Of a stretch of 26,999 bases of DNA, positions 8,540 to 15,614 are shown in pieces. Source of the DNA: Planctomycetota bacterium. Lineage in GTDB: Bacteria > Planctomycetota > SZUA-567 > H5-PLA8. The stretch spans positions 1 to 26,999 of the forward strand of contig BTVV01000080.1 of assembly GCA_045863855.1 (NCBI GenBank). Reading direction: 5' to 3'. The notes under the pieces were generated by a model. That model was not told the origin of the DNA. It worked only from the letters and a program-made list of their open reading frames with translations, and searched no databases. Position 1 is the stretch's first letter, and every line of letters starts with the position of its first letter. The position numbers were made by a program, and so were the translations under genes.

Positions 8540-8696
8540 GGGGCGGGCCTTCCCGAAGGCCGAAATTTCCGCCTGTCCGATTATGTCGGAACATCCTGCC
8601 GGATGGTCCTGCCGGAAAAGCCGCTCCGGCGCCGCATGGTAGGGAACCATGCAGACGGCGGGCCAGAAGGCGTGTGTGAGCGAGAAGGACGCGCGG

Positions 8697-9353
8697 TCAG
8701 GTGGCGGCAGGTTCGGTCCAAACCCGCTCGGAATCGACGCGCAGGGAGCGCGGCGCGGACGCTTCGGCCGGCCGGCTGGGCGGCGGATCGACGCGCAGCC
8801 CCAGCCGTTCCAGGCGCACGTGCATGCCTTGGCCGGGGGCCGGTTCGAGGTTCAGGCCCAGCTCGTCCAGCGCCAAGCGCGGGGGCGTATCGGTATCGGC
8901 GTACGCGGCTTGGCCTTCGATTTCGCCGGCCAGAGTCTCGGCGGCATCCAGGAAATCGTCCATACGGTCGCTGGCCGTAGCCGCCACCCACTCGCCTGCC
9001 GCCGCCAGTTGATCGGCGCCGATCACTCCATCCAGGCGCTCGCGCATCGCGTCCAGGCGTTCGAAGAAGTCCGGGCGTTCTTCCCGCATCTGCTCCAACG
9101 CGGCTTCGATATGCCGCCGGATTTCGTCGAGCATGGTCGAAAGCGAGGGCGCCGAATGCTGCTGGCCGCGTGGGTAGGCGAACGCATCCAGCGGCACGTT
9201 GTCGGATTCGGGTGCGGCGGTCACGGGCCGGCTGATGCTCACGGCATCCGCAGGCGCCAGAAACGGGGATGCTTCGGCGGCGCTTGCGCGTCCCGAAGGG
9301 GGGGGTACGCGGATGGAGGCGGATACCAGATCAAGTGGACTTACGTATTGCAT
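8697..9353 (-). CDS. hypothetical protein (218 aa), acidic helical core with Pro/Ala-rich termini
   Basis: ATG 9353 lies 20 nt after the upstream stop, with a G-rich SD. Fills the gap in the minus-strand gene run. No family recognised. Confidence 0.7.
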   Translation of the reverse strand: MQYVSPLDLVSASIRVPPPSGRASAAEASPFLAPADAVSISRPVTAAPESDNVPLDAFAYPRGQQHSAPSLSTMLDEIRRHIEAALEQMREERPDFFERLDAMRERLDGVIGADQLAAAGEWVAATASDRMDDFLDAAETLAGEIEGQAAYADTDTPPRLALDELGLNLEPAPGQGMHVRLERLGLRVDPPPSRPAEASAPRSLRVDSERVWTEPAAT

Positions 9354-9372
9354 ACGGCACCCCCGGCGGAGA

Positions 9373-10164
9373 TTACGTCTCCGCCATCCTCGGAGCGGCG
9401 GAATGGCAAGCCACGCGCATGCAGGCGCTGCCGTTCGCATCCTGCTTCCAGCGGCATTCCATGCCCAGGCGCTGCAGCGAGCGCATTCCGTGCTCGAATT
9501 CCAGGCTTTCCGGAGCTTCCGGAGCGCCCTCGCATGCCGCGTCTTCGAAGGTCATGCGGAACGAGGTGAGGAAGCCTTCGGACCCTAGCGGCGAGGCATC
9601 GATGCGCAACGCGACGCGCTTCCCGCCGGCCTTCAGCTTGCTCCCGTGCCGGATCAGCGCGTCGAGGCACATGAACAACGCCAGCCGCGTCTCGGCCACC
9701 TTGATCGCCACGTCCGGCAGGTGTTCGGGAATATCCAGCTCCAAGGTCAGCCCTTCGGCCTTCGCTTCGCAGGTGCCCAAATCCATCAGCTGCCGCAGCA
9801 AGCGGTTGGGACTGAAGGTTTGGGGCAGCGACTGGCGCGACGTCGAGAACCCGCTGATGCTTTCCACGAACGCGCGCAGGTTCTCCGTGTACACGTGCAG
9901 GCGGTCGAGGAGCATGTCCCGGTTCGCGCCTTGGCGGTGCATGCGAAGCAGGTCGGCGTAGCCGATCACGCTGGTTAACCGGCTGTTCAGCTCGTGGCTG
10001 ACGGCCGAGACCATCCGGCCCAGCAGGAAGAGGCGTTCCATCTCGTAGGCGTCGCCGGGTCCGACGGAACCGTTTCCTCGCGCGGGAACGGTTTCGGGAA
10101 TCAAGGTGAGCTGATCCCAAGTGGGCATCGCGGGAGGCGGGGTGACGGATTGAACAGCCAGCAT
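9373..10164 (-). CDS. degenerate histidine-kinase-like protein (HisKA with His retained, ATP-binding boxes lost); candidate ChpT-like phosphotransferase
   Basis: LGRMVSAVSHELNSRLTSVIGYADLL DHp helix, followed by a HATPase-like region without N, G1, F or G2 boxes. Start at ATG 10164 behind CAGGAG. Confidence 0.75.
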   Translation of the reverse strand: MLAVQSVTPPPAMPTWDQLTLIPETVPARGNGSVGPGDAYEMERLFLLGRMVSAVSHELNSRLTSVIGYADLLRMHRQGANRDMLLDRLHVYTENLRAFVESISGFSTSRQSLPQTFSPNRLLRQLMDLGTCEAKAEGLTLELDIPEHLPDVAIKVAETRLALFMCLDALIRHGSKLKAGGKRVALRIDASPLGSEGFLTSFRMTFEDAACEGAPEAPESLEFEHGMRSLQRLGMECRWKQDANGSACMRVACHSAAPRMAET

Positions 10165-10197
10165 GAGCGGATCTCCTGACCAACCTTTATGGACCAC

Positions 10198-10224
10198 TCA
10201 TCGGCGCGCGATCCGGGCGCATGA
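10198..10224 (-). promoter_or_regulatory. sigma28 promoter of the pseudokinase-orphan operon
   Basis: TCAT-N15-GCCGATGA, immediately downstream of the flagellin terminator. Confidence 0.7.
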
Positions 10225-10235
10225 GGGCTAAAACG

Positions 10236-10265
10236 GAAAAAGCCTCCGGAATCCGGAGGCTCTTT
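10236..10265 (-). terminator. intrinsic terminator after the second flagellin
   Basis: Plus strand AGCCTCCGG-aat-CCGGAGGCT hairpin, followed by a T-tract on the minus strand. Confidence 0.85.
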
Positions 10266-10318
10266 CCCCGACTCGACTTACACGCGCCTTTCCGGCGCCG
10301 GTTCGCGGCTTGGCGGGT

Positions 10319-11107
10319 TTAGTTGCCGAGCAGCGAGAGCACGTTCTGCGTGGACGAGTTGGCCTGCGCCAGCATCGCCGTCGAAGCCTGCACCTGGATC
10401 TGGTAGCGCGAGAGGTTCGTCGTCTCCTTCGCGATGTCCACGTTGCGAATCCGGCTTTCCGCGGCCGAGATGTTCTCCGAGTAGTTCTCCAGGCCGGTGA
10501 GCGTGTAGTTCAGGCGGCTCTGACTGGCCCCCAGCAAGCCGCGCTGCGAAGAGAGCGTCGTCACGGCGTCCTGCACCGTGCTGACGTCCGCGATGTCCAG
10601 GTTGCCCAGGTCGGTCAGCACGCTCGAACCGTCCAAGCCCAGGATGTCCTGCACGTTCCCGTCGGCGTCGACCACCAGCCCCGACAGGTCCGCGGCGAAG
10701 ATCGAGAGGCCGTTGTACTGGGCGTTGTTCAGGATTTCGGTCGCCTGCGTGGCCAGCTCCGAGAACTCCGCCGAGAGGTTCAACAGGTCGTCGGCGCTCT
10801 TCGTCGGATCGCCGTACTCGACGCCCAGCTCTTCGAGGCGGCCGAGGATGTCCGAGACGTTTTGCAGGTAGCCGTCGGCCGTGTTGATGAAGGCGTTGGC
10901 GTTGCCGATGTTTTCGGCCGCCATGTTGGCGCCCTTGACCTGCGCGCGCATCCCTTCGCTGATGGCCAAGCCGGCCGGGTCGTCGCTGGCGCGGTTGATG
11001 CGCAGGCCCGTGGCCAGCTTTTCGGCGGAACTGGCCAGCCCGGCGGTAGCCCGGCTGTAGTTCTTGAAGACCGTGACCGCGGCGGAGTTCGTGACGATGC
11101 GAGACAT
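10319..11107 (-). CDS. fliC: flagellin, minimal D0/D1 type (262 aa), copy B
   Basis: EKLATGLRINRASDDPAGLAIS, RGLLGASQSRL, ENISAAESRIRNVDIAKE, AMLAQAN...VLSLL. Confidence 0.97.
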   Translation of the reverse strand: MSRIVTNSAAVTVFKNYSRATAGLASSAEKLATGLRINRASDDPAGLAISEGMRAQVKGANMAAENIGNANAFINTADGYLQNVSDILGRLEELGVEYGDPTKSADDLLNLSAEFSELATQATEILNNAQYNGLSIFAADLSGLVVDADGNVQDILGLDGSSVLTDLGNLDIADVSTVQDAVTTLSSQRGLLGASQSRLNYTLTGLENYSENISAAESRIRNVDIAKETTNLSRYQIQVQASTAMLAQANSSTQNVLSLLGN

Positions 11108-11180
11108 GTATGGCTCCTTCCCTGGGTTTTGTTTTGAGCTTCGGGCTTCCCTGCCCTCTCGCTCTGTCCTTCGTAACCAA
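11108..11180 (-). promoter_or_regulatory. CsrA-type leader of flagellin B (4 ANGGA motifs)
   Basis: AAGGA; AGGGA in the GGGC-AGGGAA-GCCC loop (11143-11156); AGGGA-AGGAG over the SD. Confidence 0.7.
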
Positions 11181-11185
11181 TACTC

Positions 11186-11212
11186 TCATCGTCGGCCGCT
11201 TAGAGTGCATAA
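11186..11212 (-). promoter_or_regulatory. sigma28 promoter of flagellin B
   Basis: TTAT-N15-GACGATGA. Confidence 0.55.
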
Positions 11213-11330
11213 GGCTGGATCGCGAAAATCGTGTCGTTTTGACAAAATTGCCGATATGGAAACGCTTACCGGAAAGAACTGCATGCACGGGCGGGGTGGG
11301 GTGGAATCATGCAAGTGGAGGTGTGGAAAC

Positions 11331-11360
11331 AAAAAAGCCCCGGCGTGAGCCGGGGCCTTT
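11331..11360 (-). terminator. intrinsic terminator after flagellin A
   Basis: Plus strand GCCCCGGC-gtga-GCCGGGGC hairpin, followed by TTTTTT on the minus strand. Confidence 0.9.
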
Positions 11361-11383
11361 GGTTACGTGCTCGGAAACTTCGG

Positions 11384-12169
11384 TTACCCGAGCAGGGACA
11401 GTACGTTCTGGGTCGAGGAGTTGGCTTGCGCCAGCATCGCCGTCGAAGCCTGGAGCTGAATCTGGAAGCGCGAGAAGTTGGTCGTCTCCTTCGCGATGTC
11501 CACGTTGCGGATCCGGCTCTCGGCCGCGCTGACGTTCTCGGCGTAGTTCTCCAGCCCGGTCAGGGTGTAGTTCAGGCGGCTCTGGCTCGCGCCCAAGGTA
11601 CCGCGCTGCGAAGACAGGCTGGTGATGGCGTCCTGGATGGAGGCGACGTCATCGATGGCCGCGGCGGCGATATCGCCGGAAGCCGTACTGCCGTCCAACC
11701 CGCTGATCGACTGCGTGTTGCCGTCGGCGTCGATGACCAACCCGCTGAGGTCGGCCGCGAAGATCGACACGCCGTTGTACGTGGCGTTGGCGAAGATGTC
11801 CGACGCCTGCGCCTGCAGTTCGGCGAATTCCGCCGAGAGGTTGAGCAGGTCGTCCGCGCTCTTCGTCGGATCGCCGTACTCCACCGCCAGCTCTTCCATG
11901 CGCCCGAGGATGTCCGAGGCGTTCTGGAGGTAGCCGTCCGCCGTGTTGATGAACGCGTTGGCGTTCGCGATGTTCTCGGCCGCCATGTTGGCGCCCTTCA
12001 CCTGCGCGCGCAGCGTTTCGCTGATTGCCAGGCCCGCCGGGTCGTCGCTGGCCCGGTTGATCCGCAGGCCCGTCGCCAGCTTTTCCGCCGAGGAGGCCAA
12101 ACCGGCCGAAGCGCGGCTGTAGTTCTTGAAAACCGTGACGGCGGACGAGTTCGTTACGATGCGAGACAT
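11384..12169 (-). CDS. fliC: flagellin, minimal D0/D1 type (261 aa), copy A
   Basis: Same conserved termini as copy B. Start reassigned to ATG 12169 (MSRIVTN, SD AAGGAG). 42 differences from copy B over 261 ungapped positions by manual count (about 84% identity). Confidence 0.97.
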   Translation of the reverse strand: MSRIVTNSSAVTVFKNYSRASAGLASSAEKLATGLRINRASDDPAGLAISETLRAQVKGANMAAENIANANAFINTADGYLQNASDILGRMEELAVEYGDPTKSADDLLNLSAEFAELQAQASDIFANATYNGVSIFAADLSGLVIDADGNTQSISGLDGSTASGDIAAAAIDDVASIQDAITSLSSQRGTLGASQSRLNYTLTGLENYAENVSAAESRIRNVDIAKETTNFSRFQIQLQASTAMLAQANSSTQNVLSLLG

Positions 12170-12345
12170 GTGTACTACTCCTTCCGTGGTTGGGGTTCGG
12201 TGCTCGGGCATCCTTGCCCGAGCCTTAAGTTTCGCTGCACTGACGGCCACGATCGGGGACAGTTCGCTGCCCCGTTTCCTTCGACCGCGATCCCTGGGTG
12301 CCGCTGGAGCGCTCCTTTCTCAAGCGCGGACCCGACTGCCGGACA
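12170..12345 (-). promoter_or_regulatory. long structured CsrA-type 5' leader of flagellin A (6 ANGGA motifs)
   Basis: All six GGA trinucleotides in the leader are in ANGGA context. Includes the perfect hairpin GCTCGGGCA-AGGA-TGCCCGAGC (12202-12223). Confidence 0.75.
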
Positions 12346-12351
12346 GATGAC

Positions 12352-12378
12352 CCATCGGCAGCCGAACCGGCCGCTTAA
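12352..12378 (-). promoter_or_regulatory. sigma28 promoter of flagellin A
   Basis: TTAA-N15-GCCGATGG. Confidence 0.75.
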
Positions 12379-12454
12379 GGGCACGAGGTAAGATTTTTGG
12401 AATATCGGTAAACCCAGCCGGAGCATGCGGAAGCGATTGCCGAGTTCGGGCATG

Positions 12455-12481
12455 AAAAAAGGCAGCCTGGCGGCTGCCTTT
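12455..12481 (-). terminator. intrinsic terminator closing the flg...csrA-maf operon
   Basis: Plus strand AAAGGCAGCC-tggc-GGCTGCCTTT hairpin, with TTTTTT following on the minus strand. Confidence 0.88.
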
Positions 12482-12512
12482 AGGGGCTATAGGCCCAAAG
12501 AAATCCCGCAAC

Positions 12513-14870
12513 CTACACGGCCGTGCGAGCTTCCGAAGCACACAGCGCTTCCGCGTACGGTTTCAATGCACGCAGGCGCTCCTTCAGCGTCCCCACCATA
12601 CGAGCGTTCATCCCGCCGCCGGTGTTCAGCTCGTCGTAGAGGTCCTGAATCGCCTGGCTGCACACGCCCAGCACCTTCTCGCGATAAGCCTTCTGCAACA
12701 ATTGGGTGATCCGGACCCGGTCTTCAGTCGCTTCGACTTCGCGTACGAAGTCGAGGAACCGGCCCATCCAATCGGCCAGCCGCTCGCGTTGCCGCTCGGC
12801 TTGCTTGGCCCCGAACGAAGCCGTCGCGCGCTCGGCCAGCGTCTTGCGCCAATCGAGCACCGGCAGCGCGGCCAGCATCTCGAGCGCGCGATCTGGATGC
12901 ACGTGTTCCAAAGCGCCGATCCGCGCGCCCCCCGTGGTTACCGGCACGATCTTCAGTTCCGGATGCGCCACGACGAACTTTTCGAATTGATCCAGGTAGT
13001 GCTTGAACATGTGCGACGTGCGCAATTGCGGATTCACGTAGCCCGCCACCGGGAGCCACTCGTCTTTCACATGCAGATCCATGAGTTGCTGCGGCAAAGC
13101 GCCGTCGACGTGCGTCGCGCCGTCGGGCGCGAAGGCGAAATCCATGCCCACGAGGTACAGCGTGCGTGCGCCCATCTTCAGCGCCACATCGGCCGCGGTT
13201 CCGCCGACGAACATCATGTTGTCCCAGGTCTTGCGCTTCCCGTCGGGGCTCAGGCGCGCGCACCAGTAGGGCGAAAGGCACAAGGTTTTGAAGCGGGCGT
13301 GTAACGCGCGGTATTCGGGGTGTACGTGATGCCCCAGCACCAGCCCGGTCTTTTCGGGATCGAGCTGGCTGGCCGAACGCATCGGCGCTTCTTTCGGATC
13401 GACTGCGATCACCAAGTGCGGATCGATCCCCGCCGCGCGCAGCTTGGGCACCGCCGAATCGGCGGCCAGAATCGGAACGCGGTCCTGCATGAAGCGCAGG
13501 AAATTGAGCGCGTCGGGCAGCGTCGGGCCGGCGCCCACGAGCACTGCCGCATCCAGGTTCGCATGGCCGGCGAGCGCTTCCATGCCGGGGTGATCGACCG
13601 CCCAAGCCAAGTTCTCGAGCGTCTGTTTGACCCACACCAGTCCGGCATTATGCAGCGTCATGCGTACACGTGTGACCATATCGAAGGCCGTCATCGCGGC
13701 CTTGGTCAGGTTCAGCGCATCTTCGCCCTGCAAGGCCGCGTAAGCCGTGCGCAGCAACGGATCGAAATTCCGCAGCCCCGTGGCGCTCTTGAGCAAATTC
13801 TGAATCCCGGCCGTCAGCGCGGCTTCGTCCGGACCGACGAGGAGCTGCAAGCGCGGATCGCTCAGCACGTGGTCCAGACCTCGCGCCTCCAGCGCCGCAC
13901 GCAGCATCGCCGGATAGGGCTCCAGCACCACCAGCCGCGCCTGCGGGCCCAGCACCTTCAGCAGCGCTTCGGCGGTGTAGCCGAAACCGAAGCCGAGCAG
14001 GAAGACCAGCCCATTCTCGGTATGCAGCTTCTGTTCGCGTGACCAGTCGCGCGCTTCTTCGGACGGCCGCGTGGTATCGTCGATCGCCAGAAACCCGTCG
14101 CCTACGCGCAGCGCCCCGAAGGGTTCTCCCGTTGGCGCCGAACGAACCTCGAGTCCCGCGGAGGTGTAGTCGGATTCCGGACTCTTGAGGAGTTCCCGCG
14201 CGTCGGCCACGAATTTTCGGTTAGCCAGCGCCTCCACATTCCGGCGCAGGCGCCGGTCCGCGGATTCCGGGGTACCGGGCGTGGCGGTTTCCGGGCGCGG
14301 ACGCCCCATGATCGCGCAGCCGCGCACATGGCTGTTCCGCCCGTCTTCCAAGCGTTCAACTTCGAAATACTCGCCCACCACGCGGGCCCACCATTCGGGG
14401 GAGCGCACGCAGACGTGCAGGTACTCGCCGGCCAACTCCGGGCCGAAGCAATCGATGTTCGTCGCGATCTCGAAGTAGACGACCTTCGGCCGCTGCCGCT
14501 GCACGGCGCTGAAGAAGCCATGCAAGTCTTTGCCGTGGATGTGTTCCAGCACGTCGATGGAGTAAACCAAGTCGACTTGTCCGAAAACCGGTTCTTGGAC
14601 TTGGGTGAAGTCGAGCCGCCGCACGCGATCCTTGAGTTCGGGGTGCGCCGTCAGCGCTACGTCGGAGACATCGACGCCGTGCGCATCGAGGCCCGCGTCG
14701 AGCAGCGCGCGGACGCCGTGCCCCTGCCCGCAGCCCACCGCGAGCGTGCTGCGCGCGCCGTGCGCGTTGCTTAATTTCAGCAGTGTCTCGAGCGCCGCCA
14801 CTTCGGGGCTGTGCCCGGCGTAACGCACATCCTTCCAAACGGTGTTGTACAGTTCACGGTACTCCGGCAT
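12513..14870 (-). CDS. class I SAM methyltransferase fused to a Maf/DUF115 (MptE-like) flagellin glycosyltransferase (785 aa)
   Basis: N-terminal about 190 aa: LAVGCGQG, GVDVS, DLVYSIDVLEHI, H......EWW. Remainder: LGFGFGY..., AAVLVGAGPTL, ILAADSA, VIAVDP, LYLVGMDFAF, THVDG, typical of Maf/DUF115. Start at ATG 14870 (GGAG at 14877-14880), overlapping the csrA stop. Confidence 0.8.
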   Translation of the reverse strand: MPEYRELYNTVWKDVRYAGHSPEVAALETLLKLSNAHGARSTLAVGCGQGHGVRALLDAGLDAHGVDVSDVALTAHPELKDRVRRLDFTQVQEPVFGQVDLVYSIDVLEHIHGKDLHGFFSAVQRQRPKVVYFEIATNIDCFGPELAGEYLHVCVRSPEWWARVVGEYFEVERLEDGRNSHVRGCAIMGRPRPETATPGTPESADRRLRRNVEALANRKFVADARELLKSPESDYTSAGLEVRSAPTGEPFGALRVGDGFLAIDDTTRPSEEARDWSREQKLHTENGLVFLLGFGFGYTAEALLKVLGPQARLVVLEPYPAMLRAALEARGLDHVLSDPRLQLLVGPDEAALTAGIQNLLKSATGLRNFDPLLRTAYAALQGEDALNLTKAAMTAFDMVTRVRMTLHNAGLVWVKQTLENLAWAVDHPGMEALAGHANLDAAVLVGAGPTLPDALNFLRFMQDRVPILAADSAVPKLRAAGIDPHLVIAVDPKEAPMRSASQLDPEKTGLVLGHHVHPEYRALHARFKTLCLSPYWCARLSPDGKRKTWDNMMFVGGTAADVALKMGARTLYLVGMDFAFAPDGATHVDGALPQQLMDLHVKDEWLPVAGYVNPQLRTSHMFKHYLDQFEKFVVAHPELKIVPVTTGGARIGALEHVHPDRALEMLAALPVLDWRKTLAERATASFGAKQAERQRERLADWMGRFLDFVREVEATEDRVRITQLLQKAYREKVLGVCSQAIQDLYDELNTGGGMNARMVGTLKERLRALKPYAEALCASEARTAV

Positions 14871-15147
14871 GTCCATCTCCCTTCGGTCCCTTGGCCTGCA
14901 CCGGCTGGCCCAGCTTGCCCGAAAGCGCCTTGAGCGCCTGAACCCGTTCTTCCTTGCGGTCGGCCGTTCCGTGAGCCGATTTCGTTTCGTCGCGGATCTC
15001 GGCAATCAGCTCGCTGCGCAGGATCGTCACGCTGCGCGGCGCGCGAATGCCCAGCCGTACTTGGTCGCCGTCGACGCGCACGACTGTGATCTCGATATCC
15101 GGTCCCAGTTGCAGACCTTGGCCGGCTTTCCGACTGAGCACCAGCAT
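14854..15147 (-). CDS. csrA: carbon storage regulator CsrA with C-terminal extension
   Basis: MLVLSRK..., QVRLGI.AP, R44, E46; directly downstream of fliW. Confidence 0.95.
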   Translation of the reverse strand: MLVLSRKAGQGLQLGPDIEITVVRVDGDQVRLGIRAPRSVTILRSELIAEIRDETKSAHGTADRKEERVQALKALSGKLGQPVQAKGPKGDGHAGVP

Positions 15148-15179
15148 GCCGGAACTCCTTTCAGATCAGAGGCCAAGGT

Positions 15180-15611
15180 TCACGGAGCGAGCAGCGGATG
15201 CCGGACGCTGTAGGCCGATGCGTTGTGCAGAACGGCTTGTTTGCCGGTCTTGGTGCGCATGTTGACCACGATCGGCGCGGCGAGGTTCAAGGTCGCCGCC
15301 GGCGCCCCGCGGCTGAGATTCACCAGCGAGAGCAGCATCGCTTCGCCCGGCCCGCGCAGATCCAGTTCGCGGTCGTCTTCCGTGCTCAACTCGGGCTCGT
15401 ACCCGGGCAGCACCAGGAACGGATCGACCAGGTGGAAGGCCAGATCCTCGCCTTCTGCGTCCATGCGCAGAAACGGCGGACACTCCGTTTCGGCCGAAAG
15501 CGTGAAGCGCTCGCACAGAAACGGGTGCAGGCCCCCCAGCAGCTTGATCTTCAGCGGAAGCTCGATCGCGAGGCTGGGGGATTCGGAGGTCTGCAGGCTG
15601 ATCACGTGCAT
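15180..15611 (-). CDS. fliW: flagellar assembly factor FliW
   Basis: GL.PF, PF..M, LAFHLVDPF, Y, NLAAPIVVN, GKQAVL, YSVRHPL. Confidence 0.92.
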   Translation of the reverse strand: MHVISLQTSESPSLAIELPLKIKLLGGLHPFLCERFTLSAETECPPFLRMDAEGEDLAFHLVDPFLVLPGYEPELSTEDDRELDLRGPGEAMLLSLVNLSRGAPAATLNLAAPIVVNMRTKTGKQAVLHNASAYSVRHPLLAP

Positions 15612-15614
15612 GGT

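Noticed and set aside
12170..12345. c-di-GMP riboswitch in the long flagellin leader
   Set aside because: The class I signature elements are not recognisable by eye and the ANGGA pattern explains the leader better; an Rfam scan would settle it.
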